Source: Macrostomum lignano (lineage: Eukaryota). From it: DNA of 64,000 nt. A program made the translations under genes and the position numbers. This document shows, in pieces, positions 32,507 through 45,951 of the stretch (positions within the stretch are counted from its first letter, which is position 1; each line of letters opens with the position of its first letter). The stretch lies in assembly GCA_002269645.1 (NCBI GenBank), contig NIVC01000353.1, positions 124,001-188,000 on the forward strand, read 5' to 3'. The notes below the pieces were generated by a model that was not told the DNA's origin, did not search any database, and saw only the letters and a program-made list of their open reading frames with translations.

Positions 32507-35500
32507 AACATGTACCGTGTCGGAGGTAAGAGCCTCATTTCTGCTGTTCGCATGCATTACTTTATCTTTATCCAGAACTTATGTGATACATTCTACAAAA
32601 AAATTACTTTCAATGCTGTTATAGTAATTCTTTATCCTTAAAACGGTTTTCTTATCAGCCAGTTTAGATATTTTTGCTAATAAACATCTCGAATCCATCG
32701 TTTTGCCCAATTTTATTCTGCTGATTAGAGCACGTAGAGAGCCTCAACGAGGTTTAAAGCCTATGCGCACAAGCGAGCCCCGTGTCTAGCCAACAGCTAA
32801 TGCACATACGCGTGGAAATTGTTAACGCAGAGCTAGAGCTTGTGCCTGGGGGTAGGCCTAGGGGCTATTTGAGCAAAGCCAAGTGTATAAAACACATGAC
32901 ATGCAGTTACTAACTTGCTACCTGTATAGAGCCTAGAAATAGAAACCTAAAATATGATTAATAGGTCTAGATAGAAAACTTCTAGCCAAATCTAGGCCTA
33001 ATATTAGGCTAATAAAATCAATTTATATATAGAAACAAAAAGTTAAAATTAAGGTATAAAATTTAAAATTTTGAAATAAATTTCTTAATCCTAAAATGTA
33101 AATGCCAAGGAAAAATTTAAACATGGATTGACATAAGGACAAAAATATTGAAATAAAAACAGGCCTATATTTATTGTTTTAATTTATTTAAAAAAATTCA
33201 TTATCATATCTAGAAAAGTTCAATTTTATGTCTCATGGTTTAGTGTGAATAAATTTTACAATGTAGATCTGATACACTTTATTTTTTAACCTTATACGAA
33301 TCTTAAGATAATATAGGCCTAGCCTATATATCTAGTAAATTTATGATTTATTTAAGGCTTAGATTTTTATGTTGGTTTACTTTAATAAACAATATCAATG
33401 ATAGGCCCTATGTTATTTTAAAATAAAACTTTACATTAACTGTTTTCTTTATTATTCAGTGGTGCAACCAGGTATGAAGGTAGGGCATCCCCCCCCCATA
33501 CATGCGCAACCTAGGGATTCACCCGGCCGTTTCTATTGGCAACACACACATGTAAGTCGCTATTGGCTGAGAGCAGTCACGTGACTACTATTCTGTCCAA
33601 TAGCGACTTACATGTGTGTGTTGCCAATAGAAATGGCCAGGTGAATCCCTAGGTTGCGCCCAAGCATGATCCCCCCTTAGGCAAAGACTAAAAAAATCAA
33701 AGGGGGACCTAATGAATTTTAGCCAAAATTGCTCCCCCCCCTCCTTAGACAAATTTCTGGTTGTGCTATTGTTACTCTTTGCTATATTAACAATCTAAAC
33801 TATTATAGCTGATCTATCCTTGCTACCTTCCCTGATCTATCCCTGCTACCTCCCCTGATCTATCCTTGTTACCTCCCCTAATCTTTCCCTGTTACCTCCC
33901 CTGATATATCCCTGCTACCTCCCCTGATCTATCTTTGTTACCTCCCCTAATCTATGCCTGTTACCTCCCCTGATCTATCCTTGTTGCCTCCCCTGATCTA
34001 TCCCTGCTACCTCCCCTGATCTATCCTTGTTACCTCCCCTGATCTATCCCTGCTGCCTCCCCTGATCTATCCTTGTTGCCTCCCCTAATTTATGCCTGTT
34101 ACCTTCCCTGATCTATCCCTGCTACCTCCCCTGATCTATCCTTGTTACCTCCCCTAATCTATGCCTGTTACCTCCCCTGATCTATCCCTGCTACCTCCCC
34201 TGATCTATTTTTGTTACCTCCCCTAATCTATGCCTGTTACCTCCCCTGATCTATCCCTGCTACCTCCCCTGATCTATCCCTGCTACCTCCCCTGATCTAT
34301 CCTTGTTACCTCCCCTAATCTATGCCTGTTACCTCCCCTGATCTATCCCTGCTACCTCCCCTGATCTATCCCTGCTACCTCCCCTGATCTATCCCTGCTA
34401 CCTCCCCTGATCTATCCCTGCTAGATTCCCTGATCTATCCCTGCTAGATTCCCTGATCAATCTATCCTTGCTACCCTCTCTAACCTATACCTCTCCCTGA
34501 TTTATCCTTGTTATCCTCCCTGATCTATCCCCGCTACCCTCACTGATCTGTTTATCGCTATGTTTTGTCAACATGATTATTCACAAAACCTAATCATACA
34601 TTGCACATCCTATATTATGTAACCTTTCAGACTACGTCTATTTCGAGACATCCGCAACAGCGCCCTACCAGATTCGTCGAATCGAAGAGCTAACAAAAAC
34701 TCCAACTGGCAATGTTGAAGCTAAAGTTATGTGCTTCTACAGGCGTAGGGACGTGTCTAACACCCTCGTCAGCCTGGCTGATAAGCATCAGAGTGAGCGA
34801 ATTTTCTAATTCATTAGAGTATCCAGTTGTTTTACTTTGTGTTTCAACTTCTAGTATTGAGGTCTGGTAAATCGTAGAGAGCCTTAAATTTTACAAATCC
34901 TGCTTATTCAAACTTTATCTATAGAGTTGTAGACAAATTTAATAATACTAACAGCTCTGCATTTAGTAGTATAGTTCACTTTAATGATATTTACCCGATT
35001 ATTAAGAACCTTAATAGCCTATCTTTTTGTCTAGTTCGCGCACTAAGCATATTAAATTATCTTATTTAATTTACAAAATTTATGGTTTTACGCCCACGCC
35101 ATAATTGTCTGACAGTTGATCAGCTTTTCTAGATTGTAAATATTTATACCGTTCAGTTAAGATTTATGCTATAATCTGGCATTGTTAATTAAAATTCTGA
35201 TCATTTAGTTTTTCAGTAAGATTTTGACTAATACGTATACAAGTAAGAGCTGAAGCTTCCATGTATCGTGGATTTCAAATTGGAATAGTGGAATTTGGGT
35301 ATTAGAATCGCAGGGATTTGGGATCATGCATCGGGGATTGGGGGATTAGAATCGCAGGGATTTGGGATCATGCATCGGGGATTGGGGGATTAGAATCGCA
35401 GGGATTTGGGATCATGCATCGGGGATTGGGGGATTAGAATCGCAGGGATTTGGGATCATGCATCGGGGATTGGGGGATTAGAATCGCAGGGATTTGGGAT

Positions 35501-37430
35501 CATGCATCGGGGATTGGGGGATTAGAATCGCAGGAATTATGGGATCATGCATCGGGGATTGGGGGATTAGAATTGCAGGGATTATGGGATCATGTATCGG
35601 GGATTGGGGGGATTAGAATCGCAGGGATTATGGGATCATGCATCGGGGATTGGGGGATTAGAATCGCAGGAATTATGGGATCATGCATCGGGGATTGGGG
35701 GATTAGAATCGCAGGAATTATGGGATCGTGCATCGGGGATGGGGGATTCGAATTGCAGGGATTTGGGATCATGCATCGGGGATGGGGGATTAGAATTACA
35801 GGGATTTGGGATCGTGCATCGGGGATTGGGGGGATTCGAATTACAGGGATTTGGGATCATGCATCGGGGACCTGACCACGATTCCTATTTTACCATCAGG
35901 CTACATCGACGAAGAGGAAGATTCAAATTCGGCTCCGACGCCGGAATCGGCTAGCGACAAGGACAAACCAGTCGATGGTGTAGTTGCCACGGCTGCAGGC
36001 GACTCGAACACAAATAGCAACGGTAGCAGCGGCAATAGCGGCTTGTCCGACTCGCAGCGGCACCAATTAAAGCACCGGGAACTGTTCCTGTCGCGGCAAG
36101 TTGAAACTCTGCCGGCCACTACTATTCGAGGAAAGTGTTCGGTGACGCTGCTGAACGAGACGGAATCGTTAATGTCTTATCTGAATCGGGAGGACGCGTT
36201 CTATTATACGCTAATGTACGACAGCTCGCAGAAGACTCTGCTAGCCGACCGAGGCGAGATCCGGGTTGGCGGGCGCTACCAGGCCGAGGTGCAGCCGCTG
36301 CTGGCCCAGGGCGAGTCAGATGGTCGAGAGGATTCGGCCAGCTTAGAGGAGCTGGTCTGGCGTCCGGACAATGGACTGCAGAGTAGCGATATAGATAGGT
36401 AATGATCAGCTAATAGGGACTGCAGGCAGACGGAAGACTTATCTACTGTTTAGAATTGCCTTTTGATCTTAATCATATAGTATAATCGTGGCTCAGCCTC
36501 AAGAGGTTCGCTTGTTAATTAATCCCAGTTAAGTATAGTTTCTTAATCTTCATTGAGAAGCCGGCCCTTAATCCGCATGAAAAAATTGCCATTTAAATCC
36601 TATTCATAGTAGTATTGTGCAAATTAAAATCGGTTATCTATTAACAAATTAAAAAATGCCGCTTAATACCCATTAAGAGTCGCCACATATCCATTAGGCA
36701 TGGCCCATAATCCATTAGGCATAGCCCATAATCCATTAGGCATGGTCCATAATCCATTAGGCATGGTCCATAATCCATTAGGCATGGTCCATAATACTGC
36801 ATAGAGCGCACTCCCATACTCGCGCCAGATACCTGCTGGTGTCCCGCGCCGTTGGCACGCTGGCCCGCGCCATGGACGCCAGTAGCGCCACTCGCCAACC
36901 TGGCCTTGGCCTGGCAGCCGCCTCCGCCGGTCGCGACTGCACTCAGGCGCACGCCTACAAAACTCTGCACTCGAATGGCTACGATTTAGGCCGAGCATTC
37001 TGCGCTTTGGTTAGCGACGCCGGGCCGTTGCTATGCCGAGACGAGCTCGAGGATTGGTCGGCCGGGGAGAGCAACCTGTTCGAGGAGGCCATGGAAAAGT
37101 ACGGCAAAGATTTTCACGATATTCGACAAGATTTTCTGCCGTGGAAATCGATGAAAGCAATTGTGGAGTATTTCTATATGTGGAAGACTACGGATAGATA
37201 TGTGCAGCAGAAACGGCTGAAGGCTGCGGAGGCTGAGCGGAAGCTGAAGCAGGTTTGTCTACATCAGATCTATTTATAGACAGATCGGTTTAGATTGATC
37301 ATATACAAATATTTGCTTAGAGGCCTGCTGGGCACCCTGGCGCAACGCCTTGATGACCAGCGCTGAGGCAATTCTGGCCATTCCGCTGACTCCTGACTCC
37401 GCTGGCCTCGGTAGAGTAGATGGATAGATT

Positions 37431-37472
<42 letters not shown>

Positions 37473-37561
37473 TAGATAGATTGATTGATTGATAGATAGA
37501 TTGATTGATAGATAGATAGATTGATTGATAGATTGATTGATTGATAGATTGATAGGCAGAC

Positions 37562-37595
<34 letters not shown>

Positions 37596-39415
37596 ATTGA
37601 TAGATAGATAGATAGATTGATTGATTGATAGATTGATTGATTGATAGATTGATAGATTGATAGACAGATTAATAGATAGATAGACAGACAGATTGATTGA
37701 TTGATTGATAGATTGATAGATTGATTGATTGATAGATTGATAGATTGATAGACAGATTAATAGATAGATAGACAGACAGATTGATTGATTGATTGATAGA
37801 TTGATTGATTGATAGATTGATAGATAGATAGATTGATTGATTGATAGATAGATAGATAGATTGATAGATTGATAGATTGATAGATTGATTGATTGATAGA
37901 TAGATAGATTGATTGATTGATTGATTGATAGACAGATTAATAGATAGATAGACAGACAGATTGATTGATCGATTGATAGACAGATAGATAGATATGCAGA
38001 TTATTAAATAGCAGTCTGTCATCAGCGTTACTAACTGAGTCAGCAGCTATGATAGAAAACCGCTAACCCTCCCCCCCAAGGTGTACATTCCCAACTACAC
38101 GAAGCCCAACCCGGCCGTGCTGTACAATCGCCAAGACACGGCTGGCGCCAGCCGCGGCTGCGAGAGCTGCTACACGACCAGCCCCGGCGGCCAGTGGTAC
38201 GCCTGGGGCCCGCCGCACCTGTCCTGCCGCCTGTGCACCGCCTGCTGGGCCTATTGGAAACGGTACGGCGGTTTAAAGAGCGCCACCAGATTAGAGAAAG
38301 CTGTCGCCTCCGGAGCTGTCGGCGGCGGCTCATCGGCATCGATGGGCGGTGTGCACCGGTGCACCGTGGCCGGCTGCGAGAAGGAGTTCCGCCTGCGGCC
38401 TCAGCTAGTCCGGCATCTGGCCGCGGCGCACAATCTAGACGAGTCTAGTATAGGCAATTTGAGCAAAGCTAAAGCCGTCAAGAGTATGCTAATGTCCGCT
38501 AATGTTACTACTAGACTGGCCAGGCGCCTGTGCTCGGACCTGCTCAAGCTCAGGCGATTAGCTCGCCGACCATTCGATTCGCGATTCGACGCTAAGCCGG
38601 CCCTGAAAGAACTGCCAAATCGGTATTCGTCTGCTGGTAATAAATCAGATTTATTAGCCAAGCAGCTGAAGCCGAGCTGCGCAGCCTCCCTGACTGTCGA
38701 TCAGCTGGACAGCCTGCTGACTAAAATCTGTCCGAAGCGTGACGGCGACAGTTTAACTAACGAATATTCGGATTTGTTAAGCCGCGACCGAGCTTCGGTG
38801 CTGAAGCCCAGTCCTAGGCCGAGCGCTTTCCCAACTCCGGATTTGGCTAAGCGCCAAGAATTTCATCGTCAATTGGACGAGCAGCGAGCTGCTGTCGCGG
38901 CCGCCGCTGCCGTTGCCGTTTCTTCAGCCGCTCCGGTGGTGTCCAATGGCGGCGGCAGCGCATTGAACTTCCTGCTGCCGCAGAAGCGTTCAGCAGCGGC
39001 AGCGGCCGCAACCAATGGTTCCAGCGGTCAGCAGCAGCAGCAGCAGCTCGACTCGTCTCTGGGGGTGCCGGCGGCCAAACGGCCGGCTTTGAAGGCCGCC
39101 GCGGCTGCTAAATATGTTCAACAGCAGCAGCAGCAGCAACAGCAGCAGAGCAATGGCTCATTGCCATTGAAGCCGTCTGCCAATTCCGATTCCGATAGCA
39201 ATTCTGCCGCTATCGCCGCCCCTAATCCAGCAGCCAGCGCCGCCGAAGAGCTGTTCGTCTATCGAACTAAATCAACTCGTTCTCACCTCACTGGTCAACA
39301 GCTGCGCAAAGCTGGTAGGCGGCCGTTTAAATTAGTGCCGAACTCTGCCGTTGCCAGATCGTTGCCTAATGGAGACGGCGCCTCTGTGCCTGTTTCTGCC
39401 AAGTCTGGCGTTTAA
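32498..39415 (+). CDS. MTA1: Metastasis-associated protein (MTA family, NuRD subunit): BAH, ELM2, SANT, GATA-type zinc finger; ~815 aa
   Basis: Exons (+): 32498-32525, 34631-34792, 35900-36398, 36829-37252, 38081-39415, phase-compatible and with no internal stop. Motifs: [115 protein letters not shown]...CRLC..CW.YWK.YGGLK. The symbol denotes the family, since invertebrates typically have a single MTA1/2/3 co-orthologue. Confidence 0.95.
33457..33771. mobile_element. Aged hAT-like MITE in MTA intron 1, containing a nested 156-bp palindrome (33504-33659)
   Basis: Ends CAGTGGTGCAACCAG / CTGGTTGTGCTATTG match 11/15 (all transitions); flanks TTATTATT / TTACTCTT match 6/8; the inner arms match 61/63. 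Confidence 0.7.
33810..34550. repeat. 23-bp minisatellite (CTATCCCTGCTACCTCCCCTGAT) in MTA intron 1
   Basis: Read directly. Confidence 0.93.
35300..35870. repeat. 44-bp minisatellite (GGGATTTGGGATCATGCATCGGGGATTGGGGGATTAGAATCGCA) in MTA intron 2
   Basis: Read directly. Confidence 0.93.
36690..36795. repeat. 21-bp minisatellite (CATGGTCCATAATCCATTAGG) in MTA intron 3
   Basis: Read directly, ~5 copies. Confidence 0.88.
37415..37995. repeat. Compound GATA/GATT/GACA microsatellite in MTA intron 4
   Basis: Read directly. Confidence 0.95.
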
Positions 39416-39599
39416 AGTGCAAGGCTAAGCTGACTGACATAATAATGCGTGTTTTGCGTGTGTTTTTATTCCTTAATTAGATATATTATTATTCATCTAA
39501 ATTTGTTTGTCTGTCCTATTTAATAGCTACTATATGTTATATATTTGTATCTTATTCTGGTGAAATACTAGTTCTATTATTGTCACGAAAATTGGATTC

Positions 39600-40100
39600 G
39601 AATCCCTGAAATGGGGATTTTTATCCTTTGTAAATATTGTGGGATCCCTGATTTAGGGATTTTTATCCTCGGTAACTATTGTGGGATTCGAACCCCTGAT
39701 TTAGAGATTTTTATCCTCTGTAAGTATTGTTGGATTCGAACCCCTGATTTAGGGATTTTTATCCTCTGTAAATATTGTGGAATTCGAACCCCTGATTTAG
39801 GGATTTTTATACTCGGTAAATATTGTGGGATTCAAATCCCCTGATTTAGGGATTTTTATCCTCTGTAAGTATTGTTGGATTCGAACCCCTGATTTAGGGA
39901 TTTTTATCCTCGGTAAATATTGTGGGATTCAAATCCCCTGATTTAGGGATTTTTATCCTCTGTAAGTATTGTTGGATTCGAACCCCTGATTTAGGGATTT
40001 TTATCCTCGGTAAATATTGTGGGATTCAAATCCCCTGATTTAGGGATTTTTATCCTCAGTGAATATCATTATGGGATTCGAATCCCTGATTTGAGGTTCT
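39600..40100. repeat. ~48-49-bp minisatellite downstream of the MTA stop, alternating as a ~97-bp dimer in its 3' half
   Basis: Recurring CCCCTGATTTAGGGATTTTTATCCTC core. Confidence 0.9.
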
Positions 40101-40884
40101 TTATTCCTAATTTTATAGAATGAGAGCTCATTAATGTTAGAATTTGTAAGTTATCTCAGCCTCGCGTATTTATTTGAGTTTAGCCCACAAAATAATAAAT
40201 TGTTCAATTGTTTAATTTTAACAATTGTTTTCAGCTTAAATTTAAAAAATAGTTGCAAATAAGTTGCTTATGCTCTGCTTCTTGTTGCTTTGTGCTTATT
40301 TTCTCTTTTCTTACTGCTCATATCATTATTTATTCGCGAAGTTTGCGCAGAAAATCTGTCGTTAACACGAAAAAAGAGAAAAAATATTTCGACGAAATTA
40401 AAATGGTTAATTATTAACTCGTTGCAAACAATTTTGAAGCTTTGTTAGGTAGGGTGTTCCTGCTGCTTTTTTACATTGTTCTTTTGTCATTGTTTGTTAT
40501 ATTATTTTATTGTCGGCCTAACCTTTGACAAGACAACAAAATACTGATTGAAAAATTAACAATCTATGTAATTGTTGCATTGGCAGCATTGCTGTTGTCT
40601 TTTGCTTTAAAGATTTTACTTGCGTTGTTTGTCTACTCTCTCTCTCTCTGTTTCCTTCGATTGTTTGTTTAAATGCGTTTCTTTACAACCTTTGTTCCGG
40701 CATTTTTGTTGCTTCATATGTGCGTCTCTGTTGGGGCCGAAGTTTCATTATTCTGTCTTTTCTCTGTGTTTTTGCACTCAAAATTCAGCTCTGATGGAGT
40801 GGCTCGTGCTTCGGTGATTGCTTGTGTCTTTTGTGTTTGGCGCGAATTTTTACTGACAGAAATCAATGCTTATTTGTTGTTTGT

Positions 40885-41044
40885 CTGTCATTCTGTCTGT
40901 CTGTCTGTCTGTCTGTGTGTCTGCCTGCCTATCTGTCTACTAGCTGCATATCTGTCCGTCTGTCTTAGTGTCTGTCTGTCTGTCTTAGTGTCTTAGTGTC
41001 TGTCTGTCTGTCTGTCTCTGTCTTAGTGTCTTAGTGTCTGTCTT

Positions 41045-41081
<37 letters not shown>

Positions 41082-41207
41082 GTCTTAGTGTCTTAGTGTC
41101 TTAGTGTCTGTCTTTCTGTCTGTCTGTCTGTCTGTCTGCCTCTGTCTTAGTGTCTTAGTGTCTGTCTGTCTGTCTTTCTGTCTGTCTGTCTGTCTACTGG
41201 CTGCATA

Positions 41208-41243
<36 letters not shown>

Positions 41244-41245
41244 CG
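40885..41245. repeat. Compound (TCTG)n / TCTTAGTG microsatellite
   Basis: Read directly. Confidence 0.92.
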
Positions 41246-41997
41246 TGTATCTATCTGGTCTGCCAATATTTATCCCACTAATCTATAGTATCAGTCCGTC
41301 TGTAAAGTCAGCCGCCCAAGCGCCCTAATCAGTGTTTCGCAGTTGAAGCTCTCTCGTCCAACGTCAGTGACAGTTATCCAACAATGTGTACATTAATTAT
41401 AACAAACTTGTACAATTAGTACAGCCGAATTTTAAATCTACACTGTGGCTTCTGTTGTGAAAGTAAAATGGTAAAAAATCATATGAGCAACGTTGTACAG
41501 CGTGGCGGTCAATATTGTCTTAGTAGTATATTAACCCAATTAATGACTGTTTTTGAGCGCACCACACAATAATAGTAGTATAAAAGTAAAACAGTGTCTT
41601 TATTAGTGAATCCTAATTGCGAAAATTCTGTTTCTAATATTATTTTGTTTTACTCGTAAATTGACGCGAGTGTAATCCCAGTACTCGTAAAATAATAAAT
41701 ATATTTAGCTTTATTATCTATCGTTATATAAGCGTGGTTTGTAATCGCAATGCACTGTCCTTACACAGAGAATAATGCAAAGAGGCGCTCAGCCAGAATA
41801 AGTCTCTTATATTCATTTATTTATCAATCTAATTACTCTACTTGAAGTAGGCGTAGAGTTTGTACTGACGGATTAGTAGATTAATAGTGCATTCCTGATC
41901 CTGGCTGTCGCATCTGGAGGATGATTTCTATTATTTAACGGCACGGTTGGGAATTTGGCAAGCTTTCTCTTAAAGGGGGATAAGGGCGGCTGAACTG

Positions 41998-42011
41998 GTT
42001 GCCATGGCAAC
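41998..42011. promoter_or_regulatory. Perfect palindromic RFX X-box GTTGCCATGGCAAC
   Basis: Exact match to the canonical 14-bp X-box, 93 bp upstream of the predicted first coding exon at 42104. Confidence 0.65.
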
Positions 42012-42103
42012 GGTACGCGGACAGGCGGCTTTTTGCACAGTTGAATAATTCTATTCTCTCTTCTGTCTCTCTCCCCGACTGAAAAAATGCTCACAGGCGT
42101 TGA

Positions 42104-44665
42104 ATGTACACTGCCGGGACTGGGCTTGCGGTGAGACCACCAACCGATCGTGACACCTCTCTATATCTTCTCTATCTCTTAGCAAGTCCTATATTTCTAA
42201 ACATGAGCGTCTGCTATATAGGTTCTCACTCTCTGCTCTTGTGCGGCTTGCTGAGCATAAGAAATTTTATTGACTACTCTTCTACTTCAGGCCCTGCATT
42301 CACGCTTTAGTTCAGGCTTTTGTATTGGTAGCCATTGGCAACTGAAAAGATGCTTTTCTAACCCTCCTACCACCACCCGCTATCCCAACTCCCCTCCGCC
42401 CCAGCTTCCATTCAAATTATTTGAGTTTTCATCCCTTGGCCTGATCGCTGTGTACATGCAGTGTACAAGTGCAAGCACAGAATGCCATTGTTTGCCTGCT
42501 GTTGGTTGGCTTTTTATAAGTTTGAGATGCTCCAGCTGGCTCTCTGAGTCTGTCTGCCTCCCCCGTCTCTCTCCACACCACGCTCTCTTTCTCAGCAATT
42601 TGAGTGAGCACTCCTCTTACCTCTCTCTCTCTCTCATTCCTTTCTTTCTCTCTTTCTCAGATTGCATGCAGCCAGCCAACCAAGTGTGCGGGTGGACAGC
42701 CAGGGTGTTACAAGGCTTATATAGGAAAAGCGTGAACAAAGTCCTTGGCAGGCAAATAAATCTGATACTAAGGTTATAGTTTCTCTTGACTCAGGCTTCC
42801 ATAAAGCTAGTATTTTCTAGAAATCCGAAACAATTATGCCGGAGCTTTCCTACTTAGTTTGGGAGCTGCAGGCGGTTCGCCATCGCGAGTCGCTGCATCA
42901 CAGGCGGGATGCTGAGTCGCCCGGCTACATCAAGCGAGCCGCCATTGGGCAGCTGGGAGCAGTTGTAGTCTGCTTGTCGCTAGCCGTGGCTGGCAACGCG
43001 ATCGCGCTGGTGGATTTGACCAGCTCAGATGTGGAGAACCAGCTTCAGAATGCTACTCAGGTGAGACTTTGTCAGAGTTTTACTGTATATTTTCCATGTA
43101 TTTGTGATTTGTCATGCCGTATTATGCGAATAGGCTGTGTGATTGTGGTTTGGGAGGAGAATGAGGAAATGGAATTGAGGGAGAGAGAGGGAGGGGGAAC
43201 GGGAGAGAGAATGGAGAAGGAGAGTGAGAGGGAGAGAGGGGAGAGGGGCAGAGTTAGAGGAAGGAAAAGAGGGAGAGGAGGAGTATCACCCGAGAGAGAG
43301 AGAGGGAGAGTCAGAGGGAAAAGGAGGGAGGAGAGAATGTAAGAGGGGGAAAACGGAGAGAAGGAAAGGTGGAAGAGGGAGAGAAGGAAAGGTGGAAGAG
43401 GGAGAGAAGGAAAGGTGGAAGAGGGAGAGAAGGAAAGGTGGAAGAGGGAGAGAAGGAAAGGTGGAATCAGGGAGAGAAGGATCAAGAGAGGGGAGAGGGT
43501 GCTCGAGGGTGAATCGATTTTTCATGTTAAATTGGTCTGTCACTTGAAAGAACATTTAAAACAATAACAAGACCAATTTAACATGAAAAATCGATTAATA
43601 CGTCGTTAGAGCAGCATGTGAGGCACAAAATAGTGTGATTAGAACTTTCTCTGACACTGTTAAGAGACCCAATCACTGTTTTAGTGCTGAAAATCGTGAA
43701 ATTTCCTATCTCCGTAGTGTATTTTTCCGGTGAAACCTGCCTTTAAAACTATTTCTGAACGAAAAGCTTTATGAATATCGATAGAGCAATAAGAAAGGCA
43801 CAACCTATCAAAAAATAAACACTGAATCTGCCTCCTATCAAAAGCAATAACAATTTTTGTGCTGAAAAAATTAAAACCCCCTATCTCTGTAGTGTATTTT
43901 TTGGCGGAAATTTGCCTTCAAAACATTTGCCAAAGATTTCGAGTGTAAGCGTCCTATATGTTACTTAAGTAGTCCTTGGCCCCAGCAGCGATAGGGTTTG
44001 GTTTCATGCAATTAGCAAAGCACAATTGCGCAGAATTGTCTGTAGTACTGCATATTTATAGTGATATCTAGCTGGGGATCGGAGGTTTTCAACCTGTGTG
44101 TTTTACTAAAACTGGATTAATTTTCTCTTTGCTCTCTTACCTACCACAACCCCAGCTGAGAATCGCCTACATCGTGTTCCTCTGCCTGGAAGTCTGCCTA
44201 CTCATTGTGGACTCGTCCTTGGCCTGCGTAGTTGGCAGCAGCTGGATGCGCGGCCGGATGGGCGCGGAGAAGCCCAACCGAAGGGAGCAACGAGTGCAAG
44301 TGTGCTCAGTCTTCATCATACTGGCGTTCAGCTTGCTGGCAGATTTCCCGCTCACACTGGGCAAGTTTCTGTTCCTACACTGGACCCGATTCACGTCGGC
44401 AACTGTTCGGCCGTACATCCTGCTGTCCGGGTTTCTCACTGCGGTGGCCTACGCTGGCAAAACGGCTCTGGGATTTGTGCACTACGTGTGGAAGCAGATG
44501 ACGCCTAGGGTGGATCCGCTGCACGAGAAGGCGCCGGTGTACTTTGAAACCAGCCCGCTGTGCGACTCGCTGCTGTGGGGCATCTCAATGATGATGCCCG
44601 TGGTGAATATGCTGTTTGCTATTGTGGTCATCTGCATGTCCTTCATGACTACTAAACTCAATTGA
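42104..44665 (+). CDS. Uncharacterised multi-pass membrane protein, ~258 aa, ~5 predicted TM segments
   Basis: Exons (+): 42104-42130 (MYTAGTGLA, donor GTGAGA), 42821-43060 (acceptor TTCTAG, donor GTGAGA), 44156-44665 (acceptor CCCCAG), all phase 0 and open. Hydrophobic stretches: GAVVVCLSLAVAGNAIALV, IAYIVFLCLEVCLLIVDSSLACVV, VCSVFIILAFSLLADFPLTL, YILLSGFLTAVAYAG, LLWGISMMMPVVNMLFAIVVICM. Family not recognised. Confidence 0.7.
43170..43500. repeat. GA-rich purine tract including a 23-bp repeat (GGAAGAGGGAGAGAAGGAAAGGT)
   Basis: Read directly; intronic. Confidence 0.88.
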
Positions 44666-44867
44666 GAATAGTTAATTGAGACTTTGCCAACTAAATGCAC
44701 GTGTAGAATCGTTATTTTGTAAGTGAGCACTGTGATATTTGTCTGTCGTACTTTTTTTAGTCTTGTAGGTAGTGCATGTCTTTTGCCAATCTTGTTAATT
44801 TGCTGATCCATTCTCTTGCTAATAGGACTGCGAGCTTGCTTTAAACTTGATTTTGCAATTGTTTAAT

Positions 44868-45380
44868 TGAAAATTTGAGCTGTTTTGATGATGGCGTGAG
44901 CTGTTTTGATGATGGCATGAGATGTTTTGATGATGGCATGAGCTGTTTTGATGATGGCATGAGATGTTTTGATGATGGCATGAGATGTTTTGATGATGGC
45001 GTGAGCTGTTTTGATGATGGCATGAGATGTTTTGATGATGGCATGAGCTGTTTTGATGATGGCATGAGATGTTTTGATGATGGCATGAGATGTTTTGATG
45101 ATGGCATGAGATGTTTTGATGATGGCGTGAGCTGTTTTGATGATGGCATGAGATGTTTTGATGATGGCATGAGATGTTTTCATGATGGTATGAGAAGTTT
45201 TGTCAATAGCGTGCATGTAACAGCTGTTCTGTCAGCGGTATTAGTTCTTTTGACTGATGTCAGGTTATGTTTTGTCAGCTGCTTTCACAGGTGTGTCAGC
45301 TGCTTTCACAGGTGTGTCAGCTGCTTTCACAGGTGTGTCAGCTGCTTTCACAGGTGTGTCAGCTGCTTTCACAGGGGTGT
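44868..45380. repeat. Two adjacent 21-bp minisatellites (GAGATGTTTTGATGATGGCAT; GTCAGCTGCTTTCACAGGTGT)
   Basis: Read directly at 44868-45190 and 45275-45380. Confidence 0.92.
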
Positions 45381-45951
45381 CAGTTACTTTCGCTTCTCAC
45401 ATTTAACCAAGATTTAATGTATACCCATATCGATATTTTACAGAGAACAATATGTGCTACTAACTGATGCCGTTGTTATTTAAGTTTTTTCTATCTTTCA
45501 GTATGCGTTATGCATTATGCCATGAATATACTTGAATTTCAATGCATGCATAATTGCAACTTGCCTTAAATTAAATAAATTTGTAACTCTTATCATTAAT
45601 TCGCGTATTTTGTGACTGGCTAATGACACATAGGAAGTTGCAAAATGTGTGCCATAAAAAACAGATGCACAGTTGTGCTACAGTAATTAACCGAAATTAA
45701 ACTGGTTTATGACTTACATTAGACAGATATGATTGGGTTTATTAGCAATACTTATTGATTGGACTAATTACTACACGTCCGGGACAAGTGCGCGCTAATT
45801 GGGGCACACGGACACATTAGCCTGGATTGATCTGATGCTAAACTAGGCTTAGCTAATGACCCGCTCCGCACGGCTGTTGAGATTGCCAAGTCCTTTCTGT
45901 TGCCTTTGTTTTGTCTTCAATGCTCTCTCACTAGTCTAGCCTAACCAATAT

